Source: Narcine bancroftii | Lineage: Eukaryota | Length of the DNA stretch: 64,000 bases | Reading direction: 5' to 3' | Assembly (NCBI RefSeq): GCF_036971445.1 | Contig: NC_091481.1 | Span: forward strand, 13,888,001 to 13,952,000 | Part shown: positions 14,572 through 46,800 of the stretch, piece after piece | Layout of the letters: each line of letters opens with the position of its first letter | How positions within the stretch are numbered: position 1 is the stretch's first letter | The notes under the pieces: model-generated | Database searches by the model: none | What the model saw: only the letters and a program-made list of their open reading frames with translations | What the model was told of the DNA's origin: nothing | Program-made: the position numbers and the translations under genes

Positions 14572-15153
14572 CTTCTGACGCAAAAAATAACCCAAGGACA
14601 CAGAGGCTTTGCAATTCAGGGGAGCTTTGCAATCAAAGCTTTCAATTCAAGGAGACACCGCAATCCGGGTTCTTCAAAAGCATCAGGAGCTCCGATAGTA
14701 GGAACAAGGCATTAACACTTTAATTTCTAGCCAGGCCCAGTTGGAGCAATACGATTTATGAGATTACAAGGGAGCGACCAGTACTGCGGAGCGAACTCGG
14801 CTGCATCACCACCGGACTCCGGGATGGATTATCCTTCGCTCTTGGGGGCGAGTTAGCCTCGAGATTCCAGAGGAGGATGGTTTGTTGTTGTGGCTGCAGA
14901 GCTAGCTTTGACCTAACCGCATTGCAAACCAATTCCGATCCTGCTGCATTCAGCTCCTCACTTTGTGCAGAGGGGTGCTGCAGAGAAAACAAGGGGGAGG
15001 GGGGATTAACACGTCACGATGGAGATGGGAGAGAACATGATTTTTCTCGCAACACTCCCTCCCTCCACCCCGCATCTTTGCGAATGGCCCGAGTTTCCAT
15101 TTGGAGTGATACTCAGACTTGTTCTCAGCTTCAGAGAAAATGCAAGCAAAGCG

Positions 15154-15181
15154 AGCGCTGTCCACAGCTGCAGGTTCTGAA
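15154..15181 (-). promoter_or_regulatory. Non-canonical (spaced) RE1/NRSE REST-binding site upstream of MAPK8IP2
   Basis: The minus strand reads TTCAGAACC-N9-GGACAGCGCT, i.e. both RE1 half-sites (consensus TTCAGCACC / GGACAGCGCC) with a 9-nt spacer, about 580 bp upstream of the ATG. Confidence 0.5.
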
Positions 15182-17447
15182 AGATCAACAATGCGGTCAC
15201 GAGGTGGACCAAATAATCAGGGCGACAAGAAGTGAACCAGACCACGGAACTGAATGTGCATTTATACATCCTCAATCGCTCTCCAACACCGTTTAACATC
15301 AAACCAGGTAAACATTTAAGAGTGGCTTGCATCTCCAAGAAGATCCGATTCCTCCATCATTCATTCTCCCCGCCCCTTCAGCCGCAAGGCCTTCACCGTC
15401 CATGAAATACCCACAAACGAAAGTCAAGGCTCAGTTTAAAGTCTTAAGGGAAATGTGAAGAGGCTCGAGGTGACAGTGAAGGGAGGGTGATCTCCAACGA
15501 CTACTGATTCGCATGACTTCACTTTGTGAATTAATTCAAGATTAAATTCTTCTTCGAGTTGATATGCATGATTGCCTATTCACCATGCAGATCCTGATTT
15601 TAACTAAACAATCACTGGCAAAGACCATTTGTCTCAAATACCAGTTTTCTGATGGCGTTGCTCAGTAAACAGTCGCCACTTTGGAGCAGTCTGCACCAAG
15701 CAAATAAAAATGTGCCTCAAGGAGGGGAGAGTTAAATAAAAATCAATCCAAAATACCACAAACTTATTTTCAATTATGAGCTCAGTGAGGTTGTACTACC
15801 ATGGATACTGTACACCAAAAGGTGAAGAGCAGCATCTTCAAGGGAATTCAGTTACAGCGCAGGGCCAGACAGATATCACAAGGCTCTCATAAATGATGAT
15901 TCTGCCCTTCAGACCAGTTCTGCCTCTCAGAATGCAGCTAATCCACATCCACTACCTGCTTTGGTTCTGTAATTTCACACACTTGCCTTTTGAAGTGGTT
16001 AAAAGGTCCCCCAGCTGGCAGGTGAGTAAAAATTACTTTGCAAGCCAACAATTCAATATAGCTGGATGGAAACAGAAAAAGTCTTCCGTCCAAATGTTGT
16101 AATTTATAACATGACTGCTTTGTGACATTTCTGTACTTGGTTTATTTTAATTACCAGCCAAAATATATACAAAAATAAAAGTATAGGAATAACACCAAAG
16201 TCTATTAAAACAGTCAGCTTTATTCATTTTAAGACATTATTCTTTGTTCACCTTAGAATGCATATTTTTATGACTATACAATTCCACCATCAATGCAAAC
16301 TAGAATTCCTGTTATATTCAGTTGAAATATGTGGCTGGGTGAAGGAGAACAGATTGTGCAAATTAATTTCTTTTATTCCAACTTTTTAGCCCTGGGACAA
16401 AAAAAATGGCAGTACATTACTAACCCCACATCAATAATTAAGCCCTCTTCATGCAAATGTGTTATACTGTAATTATAAACTGAAACAAATTCTGGACAAG
16501 TTTTCAAGCATGGTTTCTCATTTTTAAAAAGGGACAAATTAAGTTATAATTTGAAAAAGTAGCAGAAAGTACAGGTATGTCTACATGTGCTTTGTTCCAT
16601 TTTAAAATCAATCTGATTTTGCTCACAGGAAGACTGGATCAAGACAAGAACATCTTCCTCACATTAATAGGCAACATTTTGTGATAGACAGGCTGAAGAA
16701 ACCATTTCTCAATGTCTTCTTTAATAAAACACACATTAACTTAATTATTCAGAAGCAAGAATATTCAGGGCTTGGGGTACAAGGATAGTAAATAGGAATT
16801 CGAACTGTCAGGGCTGCTGCCACTCCATGATTAATTCCCATTCATACTCGTGTTAATTGATCCCATTAAATATCTATACTTCATTCGATGGTAGGGACTG
16901 CTGTGGAAAACAAAATATGCTTCGAGGTGGATCAAACTATGAATGAAATAAAGACAAAGCTCTTAAGTGTTCTGCAACTGCAGCTCCCTTGAGGCAAAGG
17001 CATAGATGCAGTAATCTGAATGTGTGTTTTTGTTTGGGAAATCCATTTTATATTATAGTCCTTTAATGTCCATATTCTTCCAGGTACCATAATTCATAAT
17101 ACTTCATGACAAGTTCAGATCTTGAATGCCATCAGTGCACTCTGTATACATACATTGTCCAGCAAAACTTAGTGATTTTAACCAATTCCCATCCTTGAAG
17201 AAAACATTGAACACAATTGCTATAATCACACAAGAAATTGGATACCAATTTTTTTTTGAATATTTGGTATCAGCAGACACAAATGCTTCATTAAAACTTT
17301 AATACTCTTGGCTACACCAGGCACTCCTTGGAGTTGATAAGTGACAGGTCATTGGATCTTAAATTTGGTCCTAATTCACTGCTTGCTTACAAGATTCTGG
17401 GCTAATTCTGGATTAATTGCTTGATTATCCCAACCTTCCAATGAATA

Positions 17448-20400
17448 TTACTTCTCAGCTAAAATCAAGTCCATGTAAGCTCCAGTCACAAGATCTTCTT
17501 TCTTTATTCCCAGATCACCCATCAGTTTCTGGGCTATGGCTTCTCCTTCTTCCAGGCTTTGTTCTTCTCTGAGAACCACCTCAAAAATAAAGTCAAAACA
17601 ACAATCAATGTGCAGTAAAATCACTGTTATCCAGAATTCAAGCAACCAGCAAAGAAAAAAATGCAGAGAATGGGTAAAAAATACCGGTTTAAAATTGGCA
17701 CTCCTTGCTGTCAGTTCTCCATTTACACAACATGCAGTCTCAAGCAACCGAAAAACTCACTTACCCAGCATCTACCAATCCCTGTAGGTGCTGAATACCA
17801 GGGATTTTACTGAGCTATCTTGATCATTTAAGCAATGTTAACGGAAACAGATGCAAGTTTTAAATAACCATTTTCATTCATAACCAGATTCATTCATACC
17901 CATACCCCAAAACTCAATCCATTCACATTATGAACAGATTAACCCTTTCCAATTTTCTTTGGAGATAATCCCTACAATCCACTTGTCCATAACTTCTACT
18001 ACATTTTCTTGTTTTTTTGTATAGAAATGACTAACCTGAATGTTCTCACCACCTGTTGTTTGGTCCATCTTAAAGGATGATTCATAGGATAAGAAAACAA
18101 TAAACACCATGCTTTCTTATTTAAGAATATTGGCAAATAAATACAAATGAAGCACAAGAATTATATCAAATTTGACATATTGCCACTAAAAGATTGTTCT
18201 AGCTTCCTAGTGTAGAGAGAAATGAGAAATTAGGCTAATGAGAAATTAATCTATTTCTATCAGCAGGTTTCAAGCTAGATTGTTGATTTATTCCAAATCA
18301 GTTGATCAGAGCCAGATATTAACAAGAATTTATGCATTCATGGCAGGAATCATAAAGGCAATAAGCAAAGGCCAGTTTATTCTGAATTAATTGGATTAAA
18401 AATGTAACTCTGAATTCATGAGACATAGAACTGTATCAGAATCAGTTTAAGTCGAGAATGAACAGTAACTTAAATTCAATGCATTAGGTGTCTTACCTCC
18501 AATTCCACAAAGGTCCCCAAACCTTCCACCATATCTACGTGAACTCTTGTTTGTCCAACCATGTACAACCAACGCTCCTTCTTCACAAAACCTTTTACTC
18601 CAAGGGCATCAGACAACAGTTTCTAAACAGAGAAAAAATAGCAACAGTTAAACTAATGCTTCGTATTCATGTGCAGCAATTTTGTACATTTCAATTAAAA
18701 AAAAAATTATAGGTATCTCTTCCCAACAGTTTGAGGAGAGCCCTTCAAGCTTCAAGGAGATGAGTACCCACAGAATCATACCTTATAAACAGATTATTGT
18801 CAATTATTCTGCATGCATTTATAATACTGTTTATTGCAGGGAAATATACTAGGGTCTTGCCACTAGACTAAATAATTCAGTAATTAAAAAAATCACCTAT
18901 ACATGAATACACTAGCATGTCCAGAAAATATTCAACTGCACATGGCCATCTCGCATGGAGTCCAAGACACAAAGGGAAATTTCAGTGTTACAGTCTTAAA
19001 ACTTTCAATTCAGGGGCTGAGAAGAAATCAGGAGGAACACGTTTTCAGCTTCCTTGATACGCCTCACTGGATTTCTGTAACAAGTGTTCTACTTTGTTTA
19101 TTGTACAATCTGGATGAGACCCGTCTTTTACATTTTTTAAAAAAACCTCAAGATTCCAGTACCCACCGTGAGCTCATCCGGATTGCTTGTGGAGTATATA
19201 GAATAATCTGAGAGTTTGGGTCCCTCCATATCAGCACGGTTATAGAAAATGAGCTGCCCGCCACCTCCATTCTGGGAAAAATAACCAAATTAGGAGAGGC
19301 AGAAATCAGAAGGGATAGAGACAAAAGTGAAACAGATAGATAATACATTCTAACTACAGTCCAAAAACTACACAATTATTTTAATATTGTTGCCACTGCA
19401 TTAGTTTAAACATGAACTCAATTTTATTTTTATATATAAAAGTGAATGACTGCCATTGTTATCAAGACTGCTAGATTACCACTTAAAGATTATAATGCAG
19501 CAGTTACCAGTTTCTTCTACAGCATTTTCCCCAACCAGCAACTGCCACCACATAGGCACATCTAACATTCTAGAGCAAAACTGTTCAAAAGAATGGCCAT
19601 CACCACTCTCTCAAGGCAACCAGGGATGGAAAATAAATGCTGAACATTCGCAAGACATCCAATTTCCCGGAATAAACTCAAAAATACTTTTGGGAGTGGC
19701 AATGTAATGGGAAAATACTATGGAGATCATAGAGTATAGTGATAACAATGAGATTACAACAGATTTTAATTTTCAGAGGTCGAAAAACAAATCCTAAAAG
19801 AACTCATTTTTAGAATGTTCTCAGAGTAGGTTCCCCCCCGCCACCCCACCACCAATGAATAGGTATTTTAGAATTGATAAGGTATCAGGGCACATGGGAC
19901 ATGGAGATAGATACACAACAAACCATGATCAGTAAATATTCTGACATGTAAATATTGACCACTACATGGGAAAGCTTGACTGGGAGAGCCATGAAGCGTG
20001 GCTTTAAATGTAGGAAAGGCAAATTGAAAGAAAGAATGAGAATAGACAAGAATAAGCCACATTCAGGGATAATGGTAAAATGAGATATTTTGATGCTGCT
20101 TGGATTAGAATAAAATGAGCTGTCAATTTTTTTTTTTTTTTTTTTAAAGTAACAAAAATGGAAGGTGGACATCTTTCAGATGATAAAATTAACAAGACAA
20201 AGGTCTATAAAAATAAAACATGGAATAGACAAACCCTCTGAAGATTGTTACCCATTATTCGACTGATCAAGAGCCCTTTCATCAGAACTGCTAACATCTG
20301 ACTGAACAAATCCACAAGCCACACATGGCACAGGATTGGCATTTCTATCAGTTACTATGTCAAGCCACCATATCCTTACCTTCAGATGGCGTAGCTTAAG

Positions 20401-20535
20401 GCGTCCTTTAGAAACATTGAAGAAAGTGTCTTCCTGCATGATTAAAATCCCCTCTGATTTGCTTAGTCTTTTAGCATTTTCTCTAAGCTGACCCAAGTCA
20501 TGAACTGCAGCTTTGATCTCCACATTTTTAGGCAT
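17448..20535 (-). CDS. CYTH-domain (class IV adenylate cyclase/CyaB-like) triphosphate tunnel metalloenzyme, 172 aa, 4 coding exons
   Basis: Exons: 20535-20380 (MPKNVEIKAAVHDLGQLRENAKRLSKSEGILIMQEDTFFNVSKGRLKLRHLK), 19271-19167 (NGGGGQLIFYNRADMEGPKLSDYSIYSTSNPDELT), 18622-18497 (KLLSDALGVKGFVKKERWLYMVGQTRVHVDMVEGLGTFVELE), 17579-17448 (VVLREEQSLEEGEAIAQKLMGDLGIKKEDLVTGAYMDLILAEK*). All introns are GT-AG and phase 0, with no internal stops. CYTH motifs seen: NVEIK (ExExK variant), QxDTFF, RLKLR, KxR, RVHxDxVxGLGxFxELE, C-terminal AYxDL. Confidence 0.92.
17613..17812. mobile_element. MITE of the same family, in the last intron of the CYTH gene
   Basis: Ends CAGTAAAATC...GATTTTACTG; the interior matches 38384-39025 in the opposite orientation. 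Related remnants at about 36103-36290 and 57460-57503. Confidence 0.75.
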
Positions 20536-22685
20536 TGTCAACTGAAACACAAAATACATATTCGGGAACATAACCTACTACGACTCCTTTAAATAGCACT
20601 AGATGCCGTCAATACCCATTTTCCTGCAGCACATTTTCAGTTGCAGTTAAGTCTGATTAATAGAACTTCATTTTGAAGAGCGGAAGATGGCAGTACACAA
20701 TTCTTTTTAACACGGTTAGCTGATACACATCAGCTATCATAGAGTCTTGGCAGAATTAATTCTCGAATCAATAGTAAGGCAGTTGGCAATCAAGGGCGTA
20801 TGCAGATGGACACAAAACACGTTTATACCAGTTCTGTTCTTACTCTAACCACATGCAGATACACTCCTTCCACATACAAATGAACACAACCAAACACATT
20901 CATTCCTATAACTTCTTCCTTACACATTACTTTGTTTCTCTCCTATTGTCATTATTTTTAACTTTCAGATCGAGGTGCCAATGAACTCTAGTAAAGGCTG
21001 AAACATGCTTTGCCTAATCATATTCTCTTCTCAATAAAGAAGCAGAAAATGTTGGAAAAACTCAACAAGGTTAGGCAGCATCTGTGAAAAGAGAAATAGT
21101 TAATCTTCATCAGAACTGAGAAAGAGAACAAGTTAGTCAATGTAGCAGAGAGGACAAAGAAAATCTCTAATAAATTGAAATAATGAGACAGTAACTCCCT
21201 TTATGCCTCTTCAATCCCCACATACCATCCCCTTGTCACAAGGCACCATGTCCCACCCAGCATCACCTTTCCATGCAACTGCACAAGAAAAACAACTTTT
21301 ACCTCCACCCTGGGACTTTTAATTTGAAGTAGCAATTCACTTGCACTTCTTCCAACCTGGCACACTGCCTCAGTTTTTATAATGTAGCCTTCTCTACATT
21401 GAAGACACCGAACCCAGATTGGGTGAACTCTTTGCGGATCTTTTCTGCTCAGTCAGGGAGATCTGTTTGTATGCTATCATCCTAATCTAATCTGTAACTT
21501 CCTGCATCTTTACAAGGCCAAATACAAACTGGAGGAACAAAAATATCTCTATCTGCAATCTGCAGGATTTTGGATTGAATTCTCCAACTTTGGATAACAC
21601 ATTCTTTTTGTTTGTAAAAGAATGGCTATTTTTGCTTGCCATCCTTTTTCATGCAATCTGGCCTGCTGGGAATGTTCCAGAATACCTCATTTTGCATTAG
21701 ACTACTACATAAGCAACATGGAAAGCTAAATGTGATTTTACATTTGTCAGCAGCCAAATTATTTTACTCAGAGAACTTCCCTTTGCTTCACTCTTAATCC
21801 TAACCTACCTTCTGTTACGTAGAGTTTTTCCTCAGTTAAGCTGAAAAGAGTAGAAGGTCACCCATTTCTCCTTTCAAATACCATCTCATCTATTGATTTC
21901 CAGCATTATTTCCCCCTGCACCTTATGATTTTCTATCTCCTCTGCAAGTACCTCTTTAATGACAGATCTCAGCAATTTCACAACATTTGATGTCTGTTTG
22001 ACCATCTGAGTTTCTCTAGCATTGTGTTTTACTTCAACCACAGTTATCTGCAGACTATTTTGTTTTACTTGTTAGTTTATTCCACCTAGTAATCTGTGAA
22101 ACAAATCTGCAAATGAAACTAAGATGGCAATGAAGTAGCTGTGGTCAAAGGGGTGGATGGCAATTCAGGAGATCTCACCTTCTGCCTGGATAGCCTCCAA
22201 CTGGATGGCATTAACATTGACTTCTTCAGTTTCCATTAACCTCCACCCCCCATCTTCTTCTTGTCCCCCTGCTCGGTCTCTCTCCCTTTTCTCTCAGTCT
22301 CCTCGCACAGATCTAAAATCAATTCCCACCTCTCTGAGCATAACCAATGAACACCTTATGTGGGCCTGGCCTCCTCTCCCTGCCACCCTTCAGTCTTTAT
22401 TCCGACGTCTTCCGGTTCCTTGAAGGACTCAGGCCTGAAACCTTTTGCTTTCCTCGGAGTTTCTCCAATACTTTTGTGTGCTACTCGACTCCAACATCTG
22501 CAAATTTCCTTGTTTAACTAACCTAACGTGTAATGGATTGGAAATTTGAGATTTAAGACAGCAGCTGAAAATACTCAAAACAAATGATCCCTGATATGTC
22601 CATTCACTCACCTGTCGACCAGACCTTCAGCTTCCCTTAATTTGGTGCGTTTTCCGTTCTCACATTTTATTTGCTAACAGAGCAC

Positions 22686-22817
22686 CCAATCAGCGAGATC
22701 CCCGCCCACCAGTTGACGGCAGCCAATCGCCGAGATCCCCGCCCACCAGTTGACGGCAGCCAATCGCCGAGATCCCCGCCCACCAGTTGACGGCAGCCAA
22801 TCGCCGAGATCCCCGCT
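22686..22817. repeat. 37-bp tandem repeat, about 3.5 copies, each with a CCAAT box and a GC box
   Basis: Unit gccaatcgccgagatccccgcccaccagttgacggca; CCAAT starts at 22686, 22723, 22760 and 22797. Confidence 0.95.
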
Positions 22818-22820
22818 TAC

Positions 22821-22900
22821 CAGGGACCTCTTTCCGTCTCGGAAATTGTCTTTCCATTTGTCTCCTTCCGCTTCTGGAGCGGGTCCCTTTCTTCGGTGTT
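22821..22900 (-). other. Putative non-coding first exon of the CYTH gene
   Basis: Strong minus-strand donor CTG|GTAAGC at 22821/22820. The first coding exon has an acceptor (ttttgtgtttcag) only 6 nt before its ATG, so an upstream exon is needed. A second candidate UTR exon lies at about 22673-22612 (CAG|GTGAGT). The 5' boundary is approximate. Confidence 0.55.
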
Positions 22901-23260
22901 ATTACCAACCGAAAATAAATTTTTCCTCTTTCATTCTGCCCTCACTGTTGATTGGTTCATCTTCCCATCATTCAAAAACGGTGTTTTCTCCCCCCCCCCC
23001 ACCCTTCCATCTTTACCTTTACGCCGCCAATCGCATTAGACCCCGCCCGTCAAGGACCGCAAGCTCCGCCGAACCTTTTGCCACATCCCAGCCTGACTGG
23101 CTAAAAAAACCCCAGCCCGCGTCAATCAGATGACGCGCTGAAAATCCCGCCCCCATTCAACGACGGCAAACGGGTGACGTGGAGACCTTTGATTGGTGAG
23201 TGATTGGGGGGGGAGGGGTTAGTGTCCGCCCAGCTGGTGTTTGCGGAGGGAGGGTCGGTC
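22900..23260. promoter_or_regulatory. GC/CpG-rich bidirectional promoter shared by the CYTH gene (minus) and CHKB (plus)
   Basis: Local CpG enrichment. CCAAT boxes in both orientations (about 22950, 23026, 23191, 23202), GC boxes (about 23041, 23146, 23225) and CRE-like TGACG sites (about 23119, 23131, 23175). It lies between a minus-strand donor at 22821/22820 and the CHKB ATG at 23526. Transcription start sites are not directly visible. Confidence 0.7.
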
Positions 23261-23525
23261 ATGTAACTTCCACGAGGAGGTAAATGTGCTGCGGCTGCGC
23301 TTGTCTCTACGGGGCAATTGTCCTTTCGTGCAGAATTCTTCACCGGGCTGGTCTTCCAAAGTGATTCCCCTCCCCGCCACTGAGAAGCCCCGAGACCACG
23401 AGCTTTGGCAGGCGACGCGTTGATTGAATGCAGCCTTTAATCGTCGGGGCTTGTGGCATTTCATCATGTTTTAATCCTGCGTGACCTCTCTCTCTCTCTT
23501 CTCCCCGCTTAGTGGAGCGAAGCGA

Positions 23526-43864
<20,339 letters not shown>

Positions 43865-46800
43865 GACTAATAGCTTGAAGTTTAGCATGTTTCTGTTCTT
43901 TCTTTAAATTTTCCATTCATTTCAAACGAGCTCAGGGCCATTTTGGATGTGAATCTGATTGCAGACATAAACTGCTGTACCAATCCAATTTAAATCGCAT
44001 TATAGAAATGATGATCAATGTTTCTGGGATGAGCTGAAAAACGTTAATTCCAGCACCATCTGTGTGAAGCACTGGACCATGGGTGATCTTGCAGGGGCTG
44101 GAAGCAGTGTTTTAGGATGTGTACCCATTTTTGCATATGTTTTTCCCATGTCCCAGCGGTTGCAACACAAGTGAATTACAGTTCCGTAAGACTTGTTCTT
44201 GAAAAGCGGTGGAAATGTGGATTAGTTAGTGATCCAAAGTGTTGGTTTTTAAAAAGGATGTAGGTGCTGTAGTCTGGAGCAAAAATCAGTGCTGGAGGGA
44301 TTTTGTTAGGTCGAGGAGCATCTGTGGGGAGGGTGGAGACTGCATTAGGACAGAGTAAAGAGGAAAGAATGCCAGTGCGGAGAGAGGAGTCAACCCAGTA
44401 GTTGATGGTAGACCGGCGGGGGGGGGGGGGGGGGGAGTGAAAGATGATAGGCAGATGGAGTGGAGTTTGGAGATAGACATGTTGGAAGCAGAGAAAAAGA
44501 ATAGTACCAGGTAGAGCCAGATATGAGGAGGGTGAAGGTGGAGACCTCTTTGAAGGTGATGAGGAGGAAATGGAGATGGCAGTGCTGGAATTTCCTTGCA
44601 AGGATGGTGATAAAATGACCCTTTAGGGGTAAGTTAAAGGCCAAATGGAAGCTGATGATGGAGACCTCGAATGAAATATGTGGGGTAGTGGGTCAATGGA
44701 TTTAAAAAAGGTGATGGAAGAAGAGGGGTTTATGGGGGGGGGAGGGGTGGTGGGACAAATGGGAGTACTGGAGGAGGATCAGAAGGGATGAGATGAGGGT
44801 TTTCTGAAATTGGAAACTTTAATTTGTACATGATCCAGGCAGAATGATGTGTTGTTTCTTTATGGTTTAAAAGTTGTGATTTGTTGGGTAATCCAAGGGA
44901 TGAGCATGACTGTGCCAATTCGGGCATCATTCAATTACTTTTGAGTTATGATGTCTGTCAAGGCCATTTCTTGTTGTCTCCCCCTATTGCCTTCAGCCAG
45001 GTGAAGAAAGATGGTCTTCAACTGCTGCTTTCTTATGAAGATATTCCCACCTTGTTGGTTGTGATGTTGCAGGATTTAAAGCTGGTGATGATGAAATACT
45101 CCAAATCAGTCTGACTTAGAAACCAAATTTGGCGAACCTGTGGGTGTTGGTCCTCTACATTGACCCTTCAAGAGAATGGTCACCTGACCACAAATAATTA
45201 AGTATTGTGTTAAATACAATTCTACACCATTTGAGAGAAATATAAAGGTGATGTATTGCTGAGCAATGCAAACTATTTTGAACTGTGGATTAATTCAAAA
45301 TGATATGCTATGAATAGAACTAGCCTTGAGCAAGGGATATCTGGTAAGGCTTCATTTCTGGGAAGTAAAGCAAACTAGTGGAAACTTTAAGGGGGAGAAC
45401 TCAACTTTGAAAATCCTCAGTATTAATGAGTGGGGAACAATATGTTTCAGTGTCTGGCTTCCACCCTTTGTTTTTTAATTTATAGTTCTGATCAGGGTTC
45501 AGAGACCCATACCAGTCTTTCATCTAAATACTGTAATTATCTTCCATGTCAGGTCACATTTTGTTGTCCTTGAACAGTTGAATGGAGATCTGAGCTGCTG
45601 GTTTATCTGTTGGCCTTTTGCTTGTGTGCTGCAGTCAACAGTGGCTCAAGTTTTCCCTCCTCTTGTACTATCAGTGACCTGCTGATGTATATGACCAGTG
45701 CAGGGTGTCTTCTGGCTAAATGATGTGTCAGATGCATTCTGACTGTCCTGTTAAACCAACCTATATATACACGTAGTATAGACTAGAGCTAAGTAGTTTA
45801 ACTTGGGAGGACTAGATCTTGCTCATTAATTCAAAATAAGCAAAAGTGAGAGTTGCAGCTGGTGAATATTACCAAATGGTTAAAGCAGGCAGAATGTTGG
45901 GGGTTACCCATTTTTCACGTAATATCCATACATTTTGTTTGAAAAGTACTACACAAGTTTACAATCATTCCAGATCCTATCAGTGTCCTCAGAGTCTTGA
46001 GAGGTGTCGAGCATTAGCTGCAATAAAATCAATAATCTGCCATTGAGCATTTCACAGTGAGTGTTGGATTAACAGTTTTACTGTTTTAGTCTTCATATAT
46101 CTTGATGCTGCTATTGGGTCTTTTGATGGGGTCAGTAAAACTGAGGTGAACCTCTCCACTGTTCCATGAAGGCTACTTCTGGTCTTGATTTGTTCCAGTA
46201 AATCTTTCCTGTATTCTCCCCAGGGGTGTTGTCATTCCTAAGGTGTGGTAGCTGAACTAAGTTGTATTTCACTGGTGTTCCTTTTTCCGCCCCCTCATCT
46301 CCAAACAGAGTTAAAGGAGGGGGAAGCAATTATGGCGATGGGAAGTTGCTATATGTGAGTTGCACTTTGCTCAAGATGTAGTGGGTTTGTTATGGCAAGA
46401 TGTAGAAGTCCATACAGTCTGTGGGTAGTGAAAGCAAATGCAAAGAAGTCAAGATACCAAATGCACTCTTGAGAGATGGATTTTTTTGTTGGAATCATTT
46501 AACTTGCACAATTTAAAATATAAAACAAGAATTTTGGGTGTCAGGGCAAATCATTCCACTTGGATGCAAAGGAGTTTGATCTGTATTCAAATCCATCTGC
46601 CTTTTTTAATAATGAATGTGATCAATAATTTCATAATTGATCCATGAGTTCCCCTTTAAATCAGTGCTATGTACAATCATTCACTAAATATATAATTATA
46701 CATATCACTAAAATTTGCAACCTCAGAGCTCAGTGAAGCTTTGGAAGTTTCTTGAAATCCTTTGAGTTGAAAATCCATCCAGGTGGACAGCTTGGACATA

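Noticed and set aside
17448-20535. CYTH gene as bacterial contamination or recent horizontal transfer, or as THTPA
   Set aside because: It has three spliceosomal introns, a host-family MITE in one of them, and sits in conserved vertebrate synteny. Its motifs differ from THTPA. Ancient origin needs a phylogeny.
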